DNA of 64,000 nt from Camelus dromedarius (GCF_036321535.1 NC_087437.1:64854001-64918000), one strand, 5' to 3'. Shown: positions 50,901 through 63,849, counted from the stretch's first letter. Made by a program: numbers and translations. Notes: generated by a model not told the origin, from the letters alone.

Positions 50901-52057
50901 TAGTGTTTGAACAGTGAGCACAGTCACAAAGAACCAGTTTCTTCTCTCCAAAGCACTGTTGCTGTACAGTCATTTTTGTGTGAATATTTAATTAGTACTG
51001 TTTTCCCATTAGGCTAGAAACTTCTAGAGAACAGGGACCATGTCTTATATGCTCCCTGTTAAAAACTCAGTACCTGGGACATAGTAAGCATTCAAAAATA
51101 TATTTAGAAAACACAAATTAACAGAGATTTATAAAAGCTTCCATTATACACAAGATAGCTCATGTTAATATAGGTAGTGGTATCTGCAGCAGCAAACGGA
51201 AGATACAATATGAACTGTGAATTTGTGCACTTAATTAAATAGACTCATTTTAGTCCAGAGCCTGAGTTCCGAGATTGAGTTGCATGTCAGAGGAACAGGT
51301 CAACTCCTTAATTATTACAATTTGAGAGGAGTGGGAAGGTCCCTTGGCCAAAAATTATTTTCACGTGTCTCTCCAGAGCCTTAAATAACTATTAGTGGAG
51401 GCACTATTTTAAGCCTATTTGCAAATGCAAATATGTTCATGGTATACAGAACACGATAAACTACCACCTGGGCTCTTTTTTGATCTAGGACTATTTCTTT
51501 CCAAATGAGCCATTGGTCTCTGGTGCCAGGAGGGGCCAATAGTGGGATGGGGCACTTGGATGGGAAGAAGCAATGGGCAAAGGTTTCTGGCCAGGAGAAG
51601 TGAAACGCCAAACAAGAAAGCAGAGGCCACTGCAGAGGGTGTAAGTTTTGCTCTCATCCTCTGGACTCCCCACTGGGGCAAGGGGCTCAGGCAGGGCCAG
51701 CATACTTGGACAACTTCTCTTGGAGCAGAGCTAACTGGAGCCCCCAGCAGTCCAGGGCCAAGAGCGGGTGCCGGTTGTTTGGTAAGTGGCACCTTCTATT
51801 TCCTGCCTCTCATGTCTCTTAGCTCACCAAAACAGGTAGAGGGAACTGCCTAGAAGAGACACATTTTGGTAACATCCCACCTCTGACATAGCCAGTCTGC
51901 AAGTCAAGCCTGATGGTCAAGGGTTTTAAGCATGTACCCCACGCCCCTTCTTACCCTCTCCCTTGTTGGCTGTCAGCCCCACCTCTGAACAGCTGCCCCA
52001 GATGCAGCTTGATCCCACACCACGCTCCCCAGGCATCCAAGCTTCAGAAGAACATAC

Positions 52058-52074
52058 CTGTCACAAATGCCCAT
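52058..52074 (-). CDS. CD86: Coding part of the CD86 proximal first exon (MGICD-S)
   Basis: ATG GGC ATT TGT GAC AG|gtatgt; 17 nt that join exon 2 in frame (AG+C ACC ATG). Actual use of this ATG is inferred. Confidence 0.7.
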
Positions 52075-52200
52075 CCACTGCAGCTCCCAGAGACCAGAGG
52101 CATAAGCCCAGTGGCATTCCCAAGGAACTCAGAAGCAAGGTCTTAAGAATAAATGAAGAGGAGCCTTTGTGAGCTCCCCATACCTCCTAACACTCCTTGT
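52058..52200 (-). other. CD86: CD86 proximal alternative first exon (5'UTR; transcription start approximate)
   Basis: TTAGGAGGTATGGGGAGCTC...CCTTGCTTCTGAGTTCCTTGGGAATGC...GGCATTTGTGACAG closely resembles the human B70-type CD86 5'UTR as I recall it. Good donor CAG|GTATGT. Confidence 0.85.
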
Positions 52201-52820
52201 AGAGAAAGAAGTAATGTCAGGGCTGAGGCCAGATCTCAAATGCAGAAAGGGGAACTGACTAGAGAGAAATAACACCACAGACAGGGGCAGTGTTCTCGCT
52301 GGTTCCAGATAACTTCTGCTGGCAGGTGGGCATTTCCACTGATGAGAATGACTACAAATGCGCTCCTGAGAGCCAGTGACTGTAAAGCCCTGAGGAAACC
52401 CCCAGAAGACAGCTCAGCCACAAACATGGCAAAGACACCTTCCCCGACTGATTACAGACGTCCATAGGTAGAGTCAGCCGAGTTCAGCAAATGTTTTTCT
52501 GGGCAGCCATGTGCTAGACACTGTGTCTGGCTTGGCGGAGCTGCAGGAGACAGTCCTCAACCAGAGACAGCAGAGAGACCTGGAATCTCACCTGTCACCT
52601 TCCCATTCATTCGCTGAGTACCTCTCCATAGATCCTGCCAGAAGCTAATGAACAGCCCCTATTTTCAGATCATCCTAATCTAATCCTCATTGTTCTAACC
52701 TAGAATGTTTCTATTACCTTGGTCTGCTATTTCTGGAAGTGGGTGGTATTCTTGAGTCTGGGGAAAAGTCACAAGAGGAAGTATGAAAGGTATGTGAATC
52801 CCGAGTGGATTTTTCCAAAC
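52200..52820 (-). promoter_or_regulatory. CD86: Putative CD86 proximal promoter, non-CpG-island
   Basis: Lies immediately upstream of the first exon. PU.1/ETS-type motifs AAAGGGGAACTG (52246-52257) and AAGAGGAAGT (52773-52782); no obvious TATA box. Confidence 0.5.
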
Positions 52821-52949
52821 CTGGTGCTTAGGCAAAGACAGGCTTCATGTAGGTAATCCTGCCCCAGATGCATGGCTTTTTTTTTTTTTTTTTCATGACC
52901 TGATCAGGCCCTGCAAAGCCCTCTGCTCAATGTTCAGGCATTTATCTAC

Positions 52950-53033
52950 CTCCAGTCTGCAGCATTTGAGCTCAGGAGAGAGGCAGCCCCTTCTGCGCCT
53001 GCCTCCCTGCTCTGAGGGAGGATAGCTGTGTGC
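52950..53033 (+). repeat. 84-bp direct repeat, copy 1
   Basis: 77 of 84 identical to 54471-54554, ungapped; first 40 bp identical. Confidence 0.9.
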
Positions 53034-53119
53034 CCTGCAAGGCTGGAGGAATTAAAAGTGACAAAATGAAAACTGCTTGCTGTTGTCTTGGTGGAGGAGG
53101 TCCACCCAAGCAAAGACGT

Positions 53120-53330
53120 ATGGTACAGGGGAAGTAGCTTGGGTTTGGAACTGGTGGTCAGTCCAAAGTCAAATCCTGGCTTAAGCCACTGGACCCTGGG
53201 CAAGTCACTGAACATCTCCCAGTCTCAGTCTTCTCATCTATGAAATGTGACTAGTAACAGCTTCCTTGCCACATTGTTGTGAAAAACAAATGAGGTCTTG
53301 CGTGTAAGCCACCAGGCACTGGGCATGCTA
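53120..53330 (+). mobile_element. MIR SINE
   Basis: CAAATCCTGGCTTAAGCCACT.GACCCTGGGCAAGTCACTGAACATCTC...TCAGTCTTCTCATCTATGAAATG. Confidence 0.75.
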
Positions 53331-54039
53331 AGCTGCTATTTAGTCTTCAGTGTTACTTTCCTACCTTCTTTTTGGACTTTGTGATTTTCACTCTGACCTT
53401 TCCATAAAGATCTTCCTTCTATCACTGGAAAGGTGATGATCATTCTTCCTCCAGACAGGTTTGTAAACCCCTTCACCTTCCATCCAGGGCCTCCCAAACT
53501 CATAGGGCTCCCCTATGGGTCTTGAGCCCTGACTCACAGAGTTACTTCCCCTTGGCCATTCTCTGTGCATACCTTGGAAACTTCATCCTTTATTCGAATA
53601 GGCCTCACCTGGGGTTTTCCTCTGGATTTTACAATCATATAGTTTTTTTTTTTTTATTTGAAAGGGTCCATTTGGTTTCCTTATTGTAACACATGAAATT
53701 ACCACCTATCAGAGCACAGGAAAGTAATTCACATTCCACTTAGTTTTCAAGTTTTCTTCTCTTCCTTGTGCTTAGCAGTCAAAATATAAGATAGGCTAGA
53801 TTGGAAAGTCCTGCTATCAAAATATTTGAGATCCTATTTCCCAAACTTCATTCATTCTAGCTGCCATTACCACTTCATACTTGTGTAAAATGTGTACTAT
53901 TCTTTACACAATGTTTTTCTCTTAACTTACTTTATTTAAGTAAATGTATTTTAAAAGGAATCCTTATGTCAATACTAAAAACTTTAAAAAGCAGTATCAT
54001 CTGCCATAAATAAAGGATGAGTAAAAATAACACTTTACA

Positions 54040-54191
54040 CTGTGCTTTGGAATCACAGAGACCTGTGTTCAAACACCAGCTCTACTAGTTAATACCTGTG
54101 TGTTCTTGGGGAAATTACTTAACTTCTCTGAGCCTTAGTTTCCTCACAGAAGTGAATATCTCATAAGTTTCTTGTAAGGATCAAATAGGAT

Positions 54192-54227
<36 letters not shown>

Positions 54228-54330
54228 CACATACATACATATATATATATGCATACACACACATATATATGTATATATAGTGCCTAGCACAGATTCTGGC
54301 ATATAGCAGGTTCTTTTAAAAAATAGTTGT
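54040..54330 (+). mobile_element. MIR SINE containing a (CA)14 plus TA-rich microsatellite (54192-54279)
   Basis: GCTTTGGAATCACAGAGACCTGTGTTCAAA...TTACTTAACTTCTCTGAGCCTTAGTTTCCTCA; repeat counted directly. Confidence 0.8.
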
Positions 54331-54470
54331 TTCATTGTTTTTATTTTTTTTCCCCATATCCATTCTCTTATCTACTTATTTCAATTTCTGCTTAGAGCAG
54401 CCTCCTCTAAAGCTGTAACACAGAAGTATGGGGAGATGAGTGGTGAGGCAGGCAGCAGAAATACAGGATG

Positions 54471-54554
54471 CTCCAGTCTGCAGCATTTGAGCTCAGGAGA
54501 GAGGCAGCCCATTCTGAGCCTGCCTCCCTGCTCTTTTGGAGGCTAGCTGTATGC
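54471..54554 (+). repeat. 84-bp direct repeat, copy 2
   Basis: Matches 52950-53033 at an offset of 1521 bp. Confidence 0.9.
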
Positions 54555-55004
54555 TGAGAGGAGGTCACACAAAATGAAGATCAGTTCCTCGTGTTTAATG
54601 AGGAGGAAGTTGCTGGTAACCTGAGAAATCTGCCTTCTCTGTGGGGCTGCTTCCTCCACTGCCTCACTCCCAGATCTTCTCAGGTCTGAGGCGACCAAGG
54701 CTACAAGGAAAGCAGCGGGCGGTGTGTGGCGGGGTGGCTTATAGATGGTGGCTGAGTTGGGGAAACAGGTCCCTTCCTGATGTCCTTGCTCAGCTTTGCT
54801 CAAGAAATGTTCCTTTGGGACCACATAATTAGGGCCCACTCTGGAAGGCAGAGCTAGAAACCTGTGGCAGTTGGAAACATCCACTTAGCTGACTTTTCCA
54901 ATTCCAGTTATGTATTTGTTACTTTATATAAATGGCTTCCTGTGGTCAGTTGTAAAATGGTATTTTTAGAGCCCTTCCTTCTTAAAGCATAAACACTCCA
55001 ACTA

Positions 55005-56070
55005 CTTAGAGAATGAAAAGACAAGCCACATACTAAGAGAAAATATTTGTAAAACACAAATCTGATAAAGGACTAGTATCCAAAATGTACAGAGAACTCA
55101 AAGATAAGAAAACAAACAACTCAGTTTAAAAATAGCAAAAGAGCTGATCAGACAAAAGTCACCAAAGATATACTGATGGCAGATAAGCACGTGAAAAGAT
55201 GCTCAGTTTCATGTGGCATTAGGGAAATGCTAATTAAAACAATAATTTAAAAAAACCCACAGTAAGCTACTCCTACACACCTGTTAGCATGGTTAAAAAT
55301 TTTAAAACTGACAATACAAAATGCTGATGAGAATATGGGGCAACAGGAACTCTCATCCATTGCTGGTAGGAGTGCAAAACGATATAGGCACTTTAGAATA
55401 CCTTCTGACAGTTTCTTATAAAACTTAACATAAGCCTACCATATGATCCAGCAGTCATTCTCCTCGGTATTTACCCAAAAGAGTTAAAAACTTATGTCCA
55501 CACAAAAACCTGTGGATCACTATTTATAGCAGCTTTATTCATAGTTGCCCCAAACTAGAACTAAGATGCCCTTCAATAGGTGAATGAATAAAGAAACTAT
55601 GGTACAATGGAATACTATTCAGTGATTTAAAAAATGAGCTATCAAGTCACAGTGAAATGGAGGAACTTTAACTGCCTATTGCTTAATGAAAGAAACCAAT
55701 CTGAAAGGGCTACATACTATGTGACTCCAACCAGATGACATTCTGAAAAAGACAAAACCATGGAGACAGTAAAAAGATCAGTGGTTGCCCAAAGATGTGA
55801 GGAGGGATGAAGAGGTGGAGCACATGGGATATTTAGGGTAGGGAAACTACTCTCTTATCCTACTGTAACAGTAGACATATGTTATTATAAATTTGCTAAA
55901 ACCCATAGAACTATAGAACACAAAGAAACGTAACTTAAAGTATGGACTAGTTAATAATAATAATAGGAGAAACTGGGTGCTGAGTACGGAGTATACAGAA
56001 GTTCTCTGTATTATCTGCTTAATATTTCTGTAAATCTAAAACTATTTTAAAAATAAAATCTATTAATAAT
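55005..56070 (+). mobile_element. L1MC-like 3' region (ORF2 end plus 3'UTR)
   Basis: GAATGAAAAGACAAGCCACA...CAACAGGAACTCTCATCCATTGCTGGT...GAAAGAAACCAATCTGAAAGGGCTACATACT...TTTCTGTAAATCTAAAACT. Confidence 0.85.
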
Positions 56071-59000
56071 CTAAACATACACACACACACTAACCACATG
56101 CACTGATTCCTGGTAAAGCAACCAAATGAATGATATGACATTTAGAAGGCTTCTAGACTAGTGGGTAAGAAAATTAGCATTGATTTCACAGTCCAAAGGT
56201 TCACTTCTCCATGTTGTAACACTTGTAATCAGACACCATACATAAGATGTTGCAGCAAAAAATCTCCAGTTTTGTATTTCTGCCCTCTATTTTGACATTT
56301 TATGTATCTTTCTGGCGCAGAACCATAGATTTTTATGTCAGCTCCTTAGGTAAATTAAAGAAAAAGCCCCATTGTTTTCTAAGGGCCAGATCAATTAAAA
56401 AAATAGCTTTCAGTTCCATGTTTCTGAGGGAACATTTTTAGAAATATAGAAAGTTTCTTTTTTCTTTGAGGGGGAGATACAATCTTGACCTACACTTAAA
56501 ACAAATTTTATACAATTAAGCATTAGAGATTGATTTCTTTGTCTGAGCTAAAATTTTGCAGCTTCAGGATTCACATCCTGCAAGTGGGTCAGTGAGGCAG
56601 CAGAGACCCTCACTCTTACAACCTCTAGCACAGGCTCCACCCCCGTCCTAGGCTGGCTTGTTCGATCTCCCCAGCTGCCCTGGTGTACCTCCTCCTATTC
56701 ACTTTCTCCTGATGCAAATTCACACCCATCATTCATGCATGCCAAGAAAGAGGCAATGTGTATTGTTTCTTGACTTGTATTTGATCAACTTCTGAACACC
56801 GAAACTAGGACCCAGTGACACACTTTTGCCTAGATGTCCTCTAAGAAGTCAGAAAGGTAAAGGGCACCAACAGTTATTTGCAAGATTCTATCAAGTGAAT
56901 GCAAAAGATTCTTGTCTGCGCTTTCTCTCAAAATCACATGGCAGCTTAACAAAACACACCCGAACTTCAGCAGCAAAATACGTTTATCTGGATTGAAGAT
57001 TATATTAGCATGTATTGAAAGGTATGTTAAGGGAAAAAACTGTCGAAGGGGTAAGCATCAGGATGCATGCATTTTAGAAAAAGAAGTACTTTTGTACTGG
57101 GGGCCTTCAGATGAGCTGTTACTTTAGCTGTCTGGGCCAGTGAGGAAGATGAGGGCGGTGAAGCTGGGTAAAGCTCAGGGTAAGGGCAACAGCCCCAGCA
57201 TTCCAGACTTAGGGGCTGAGAGGGGTCAGTGGCCTGGTGGAGACAGGGCAGAATGGGGTGGGGTGTGCTGTGACACATCCAGAACCAGGAGTTTTTCTGG
57301 GAAGCGTGGTGGATGGAGACACTTCATTGTTTGTCCCTGTGAACCAGACCCATCACTGGGGAACAGGCCCCAGGGACCAGCGGGGAACTGGACCACAGGT
57401 CAGGAAACAAGGTTGAGCCAGAGAAGAACTGTAATTTAGGGAACTGAGGGATTCACGACTCACCCCATGGTCAGAGATTGAGATTATAGCTGCAAGGCCA
57501 CATCCAGTGCAACCCCCCTGCCTTGCCTGCCTGCCGCTTGTACAAACACCTCCTGGAAGGGGCTGGGTAGAGCACCATGGCTGGTGCCAGAGCATCTGTG
57601 GGAACTGGTAGTAACTGTAGATTCTAGTGACATCCAAATACACACATACTATGCTTCACCTGTGTTCCCACCCATCTTTGTATCTCAGTTAACATTTCCC
57701 ATTTTCCAATAATTCTTAAAAATTCACAGATGTAATTGCACCATTTGGAATTTCTACTTTGTAATTTGCCTTCATTCATTCAACAAATGCTTTACTGGCC
57801 CCGATGAAGTGCAGGTCCTGGGTTGGTGCTGGATCACAGGTGAGCAAAGGCAGAGGATCCCTGCCCTCCCAGATCCTGCAGGTGAGTGCGGGAGACCTGC
57901 ACCAATCTAATAAAGGACTTAACTCTTCTAGCAATTTTTACATTAAGAATATTATCGCATTTTATTTCTTCTAACAGAGTACCTTGGAGGCAAGGTACTT
58001 GCCACCAAGTGATTTTCAACATAAACAACTTCAGTTACGTATGACGTCTTAATGATTAAATGCCATCTTAAGAGCATGAGACAGATTCTGACAAGATCAT
58101 GTAGATCACAATTAAGAAAACTTTCCCCAGGCCCTCCATCTCAGGAGTAGGCTCCCCAAGAGATATGTCCTATTTTAAATGGTCACCGTGACTGATGGAT
58201 GGCACAGCAGAGAGAGCTCACTTGAGGGAAGGGCAGACTAAGTGATTCCTAACTAATTTAATAATTCTGTACTCTAGCCATCCAGTAAGGCTTACAATAC
58301 GATCTCAAGTCTCAGGACTTCCTCTGATAGTTTACACAAAAGATGGCCTATTAGTTAACAAATAACAAAATTTCATAAAATCGTTCCAAGACAAATGAAG
58401 TACATAACACTGGCAAGTTAGCAAATTGATAAGATAAACTGCCAACATTGGTGATGGCACTTTTCAGAATCTAACAAAGTGAATATCTGATTCCAAACTT
58501 ATTATCCTTTTCAATCTTTAGTGTTACCTGGGAACATTAAATCCCAACTCAGAAGATTGTGATCTCTGAATTTTAGTGGCCCCTTGCTTTAAGAATCTGC
58601 TCTTACACATTCTGAGAAACCGTCATTTCTTTCACAAAGCTTCTGACATTAGCCATTTCCTTTATACTCAGAAGAAATAAAATGAGGTAATATTCTGAAT
58701 GTAAAAGTTGCTAGAAGAGTTAAGTCCATATATTTTTTCCTATATGTGCAGAGGAGGGAATATAATACATAACAAAACTGACACATTTTAACAAATGGCA
58801 GCGTAATTTCAAATTTAGGGAAGCACGATCATCTGTGAAAGCACCTTTTTATGCAAAATATTTATAGAGGTGTATAAATAAAATGTGCACTACAGAGTAA
58901 AATAAAATAGACTGGGGCATACAGAACATAGCTAGTATGACTAAGCTTGTTTAAAAAAAAAAAAACCCTGGATTTTTTAAAGCTTCCATTTCACAACAGG

Positions 59001-59729
59001 GTCGAGGGAGGGGGTACTGCACACCCAAGGCTCACTTCCCTGTATCATCTTCGTAACCAAAAGCAATGCACATAAGACTTCTGTGAACCCTTAAAATATG
59101 CATTTGTCAACTTGGATTTGCAATTTTCAAGTTGGTGGTGCAGAACCACAGAAGTGTAATTTTTGCGGTTCCCTTCACACACCTTTCTCTGGAAGATTCT
59201 AAAGATCCACCACCACACTGAGGTGTGGCTCCCTGAAAGAAATTTTCCAGCAAAACAAGATGTCGCTCTTTCTACTCTTCAGTGACGTGAGTAAAGGAAA
59301 GCCTCTTCTGAAAGTGCCTTAAATAGATTTCCTCAAATCTGGTTTAAGACTGAAAATCATTTCAAATAAGCCTTGCCCTGGTTAGCTACAGCTTTAATGG
59401 GAGGAGGTGGAGTTTTTAAGAAGGACAGCATTTGTAAACCAGTTCCATCTTCGCATTTCTTGGATTGGAGACACAGTATTGTATTTGTCATCACACTTGA
59501 GTTGCATTTTCACTGTGCCTGGACTATTTGCATACAAACAAAAGAGATTATTTTTAAAAGAGGCTTTCTGTGTTTTTGTTTTGGTCCTTTGGGATGACTG
59601 TGGTAAGACAGGACCAAGCCATTTTCACAGCTTGGATTTCACACGTGTTTATGTTGCCCCCTCACTTCCCCTTCCTCACCACCCGCTTCCAATTCATTGG
59701 CAGCCAGTGATAGGACCTTCGTCACCTCT

Positions 59730-60400
59730 TGTCCGGACTATTCCAACAGCCTCCAAGCTGGTTCCCTCTCACTATCATTTACTGTACCATTATCTTCCGT
59801 CAAAAACAATCTGATTATGAAACTTCCTTGCTTTAAAGATTTGCTCCCGGTTCCTCTTGGGTAGTGGTCACATTTCTTACTTAGCAAGACGCATGAGGCC
59901 CTTCACAGCCTGAATCCAAGTTTTCTCTTCTGCTTTTATCAATCAACTCATATAACTTGTCTAGTCACACTTGAACTGTTCGCTATTCCCTGACCTTCTC
60001 AAGCCCTTTCAGGACTTTTCTGCCTTCTTTGCCTTTGTACAAACTGTCCCTTCTGCCTGGAATGCTTTTCTTGCCTTCTCAGCCTGCAAAATGCTCCTCT
60101 TCCTTTAAGAGCCAGATCATTCCACATTCCTTGAAGATTCAGTTCACAGCTGAAACTTTTTTTTTTTTTTTTTGCCATCCTTCCCTCCTCTTTTCACAGT
60201 ATCTCTATCTTCCTTGCTCCCAAGTCACCTTATTTATTCTTCCCTTGTAACGTTTCCCCATGGGGCTAAAGTCTCACTGCTCAGATGGTGCTCCTGTCCT
60301 GAGTTCCAAAAGAGCAATGGGCATGTTTCATTCCCCTTTGCATTCCTAGTGGTTAGCAAAGGAACAGGTCCAGTAAAGGTTATTAAAGTTAGTATCTGTT
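59730..60400 (+). mobile_element. L2 relic
   Basis: GGACTATTCCAACAGCCTCC, GCCTTTGTACAAACTGTCCCTTCTGCCTGGAATGCT and TCCTCTTCCTTTAAG motifs. Confidence 0.6.
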
Positions 60401-60404
60401 AGCT

Positions 60405-61000
60405 GGTTGCTTATAAGCTGGGTGCCCTGCTAAGTGCTTTAAATGTGTTACTTCACTTAATCTGTGCAACAAACATACACAGTTTTATAAACGAGGAGAA
60501 GTAAGTTTCAGAGAAGTTAGGCCACTTGCCTGGGGATACACAGCCGGTGACCTCCAGGTTTTAGTGGGATATAGAATTAAATCTGTTTTAATTTCTGGCT
60601 GATAATGCTGCATGACTGTCATTAGAATGTCGGATAGATGCCAGTGTACTTTTTTGGTGTGGTCGGGCACTGAGTAAGTCTCTCCACTCTGCCCCTTACT
60701 AATTGTGTGATGTTGAGTAACTTGCTTAACCTCTCTAAACCTCAAGTTCCTCAATTTTTTTTCAATGGGGGAAAATAATGCTGAGCTCACACAGTCATCA
60801 TAAGGATCCAGGGACAACACCTATTCAAGTTCCTAGCCCTCTCCCTGCTTACCACAGCCATCGCTGCTCCTTCCTACTCCGAGCCACGCACTGCATAAGC
60901 CTCCATTCGCTCACTTTATCCTTATCCTCTGAAAAATGGAAATTATGAGACCTTCTAACAGATGGAGAAACTGAGGCTTAGAGAAGTAAACTGCCCATAT
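60405..61000. mobile_element. Cluster of MIR fragments in both orientations
   Basis: TGCTAAGTGCTTTAAATG...TCAGAGAAGTTAGG (-), CTCTGCCCCTTACTAATTGTGTGATGTTGAGTAACTTGCTTAACCTCTCT (+), ACAGATGGAGAAACTGAGGCTTAGAGAAGT (-). Confidence 0.7.
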
Positions 61001-63254
61001 TTCCTTTATAAGGACATGTTTTTCCTAAGGCCCACCCCCCGAACTGAATGATCCCCTCAGATCAATTCCTAAGGAGTGTGTAAAGGATGGGTGAAATTCA
61101 GCTAGAGGCATGAAAGAGACTGGGTTTGAGTCTGCTTGACTTTTTTCCTAACTTTTTTTTTTTTCTGGCAACCATGAACGCTTAAGAAGGCAGGAAATTC
61201 TCTTGGAAACAATGTCCTGGGTGAGCCACCGAATGGGCACATTAACTCTTCTAGTCCCTGCTCAAATTTTCCACCTTTTCCATTGAGCCCCCAATCAAGT
61301 TCTCTCCTCAGTCCCAATCCACTATCTTCCAGCCACCAGGTGAAGATCTTGGGAACACTCCCAACTCAGTCGGAAGGGAAAAAGATAAGTGGCCTCTGCC
61401 TTAAGGTCTGGCTTCCTAGGGGAAGTGTCTTGCTGGCTCCACACTTTCAGTACCCTTAGCTTCTGTCTCCCAGCCTCACCTGCCTTGTTCCATTTTTATT
61501 CCTTCCCACTTGCTGTTGCCTCACTCCCTCGACCAAGGCTTTTACACTCAAGTGCCTGCAGGGTCCTGGCAGGTAATGTAAATAAACAAAGTGGGCCACG
61601 TGGGCAGTGGAGAGATTATGCCCCACTGGGGGTCGGGCAGACTCTGCTAGATTCACCGGTTGTTACCATATGGGAATGTGGGTCCAGTGTTACCAAGTAT
61701 TCTGATTTCCCAGAGGAGCTGGAAATTCAAATTTATGTGGATTCTCCAGATTTTTTTAAATGTTGGCAACGAGTTGTATTTATGTTCTTTTTTTCTTTTT
61801 TCTTTTTTTTTAAAGACTACTGTCAGTCTGCATACTATTTTTGGTCTACCAGACTTTAATTTTCAACCTCTACCCCAGACCACTGGTTCCTTCACTCTTG
61901 CCTTTGTCACTTGGTTGTCAGAGCTTGTTTTGGACCCTGACCCAAAACGCCTCTCTCCGAGCTCCAATTTCTTCATCTACAAATCTTTCTCACTACTAAA
62001 GGTAATCTGTTCTTCCCCGATCTCCCATGATACACAGCATGCTTGTTCAGAACTTCGATCTAGAATCACATGAGAGTCTGGACTCCTGGGTTGTTACCAG
62101 CTACGTGACCTGGGCAAGTTACTTAACATCGCTAAGATTCAGTTTTCATTGGTGGAACGTGGGGGATAATAAGAGTGCCTCCTTCCTGAAAGGATTCAAT
62201 GAAACAATACATGAGTAGCAGAGTGTATGATAATGCCCCCCCCCAATATGGTGAGACCTCCCTTAGTAGCGTCTAACAGGATCTCTATCTGATTCAACTT
62301 CATTTTCTCAACATTAAATAAGACTATTGGATAAGTTAATAAACAAATAGTTCCAACTCCCTCCTTTCTAACCTTGATCCACTATAGCCCGGGCCCCCAT
62401 ATAACTTATTCCTAAGCCACTCCTGCCACAATTATCTCCCCCTTCTCTGAACTTCAGCTGTGCTAACAGAGGGCAGAGGTAGAAACTGGTGGCCTGGTAG
62501 TGAGACATGCTGGCATGTAAAAATGCGTCCAGACACTGATGCAGGATATAAGAAACAGGAAATTTCTCCTGTGAGTCTACCTTAGATCGATTCTTATTTT
62601 TCATTATATTAAATAATGGTGTGATAAACATTTTTGTGCACAAATCTTTTAACATCTCTCTTACTATTTATCTAGATCCCTTAAGGTGACATTATTAGAG
62701 CAAGAGGAGTAAGCATTTTTTATGATAAAGAAAAATAGTTTATATATCTTCTCAAATTAGAAGTGTAAATTTGAATGTTACTCATGATGACTAATGAGCA
62801 AAAAAAGCCTTTATAAATAAAAGAAGACATAACAGACATAAAATATTTGAAGTCCAGAAGGCTTAAAAGGGGGTTTCAAGGACAACTTCATGAAGACACT
62901 CACATAAGTACCAATTATACGGCAGGATTTCATTTCAATGTTTTTGGCATCTTACCTTATGTAAATATATTTTAGGTGGCTTTTTTGTTTGGTTTTCACC
63001 TTTTTCACCTGCATCGAGCCTGGCCTTTTCTTATCTTTAATTAGGAGGTCTGTTCTAGCAACTTCTGTGTAATAGGTAAGAATCCATTTGCTAGAACTGA
63101 ATCAGAAAAGGCAGAGCCAAAGAAATTTAAGACTTCATTTAAAATATAGGAAATAATAGATTTTAAAGAAAAAAATGTGAAGCCTAAAATATTTCATTTT
63201 CACAAGACTTTACATCCATTGTAAATTCTTATAACCTTCATGGCATTGGTAAGT

Positions 63255-63395
63255 ACTAGTAGCCCCATTTTACAGATGGAGGCACTGAGGTTCAGGGAGC
63301 TAGATAGCTTCCCCAAGGTGATACCGCTAATAAGTACAGAGCTACTTATTATTATTATTTGACACCAGTCTGACTGACTCAAACTCTGGCACTGA
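63255..63395 (-). mobile_element. MIR SINE
   Basis: CCCCATTTTACAGATGGAGGCACTGAGGTTCAGGGAG...CCCAAGGT...CAGTCTGACT. Confidence 0.75.
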
Positions 63396-63849
63396 TCCAA
63401 GACACAATACTACCTACAGACAAATGGAAAACTCGCACGCTTCTGTTACAAGAAATATCATCACATTTGATATATTTACCACTAAGCTAAGCACTAAGCA
63501 CTCTCAAGAGAGAAATCCTGCTTACTGATCTCCAGGGTATTTCTAATTTGTGGCATTGTGCCTAGAACAAAGGTGCTGAATGAACTGAAAAAATTACTAA
63601 ATACAGAGAAATAGGCAGTGGGCCAAGTTTGCATGCATAAGCATTTTTAAGACTCTTGATACAGAATCTTAAATTGCTTTCCAGGAAAGTTGAAGTAGTA
63701 TATGAAAGTACCATTCTTCTTGTATACTCTGAGCATTATTATTCCCACCCCCTAAAAAAAACAAGTTGTTAACTTGATAAATCAAAATATCTCATTGGTA
63801 TTTGCACTGGCATTTCTTTAATATTTATCAAAGATGAATATTTTGTGTT

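Noticed and set aside
61389..62073. Overlapping 156-aa and 137-aa plus-strand ORFs
   Set aside because: Non-ATG starts, low-complexity Phe runs from T tracts and no recognisable homology; typical chance ORFs.
14570..63690. Scattered TTCnnnGAA (GAS/STAT-like) and ATGCAAAT motifs, e.g. 23951, 22105, 44604, 56712
   Set aside because: Their number is compatible with chance in 64 kb of AT-rich DNA, and several lie inside repeats.
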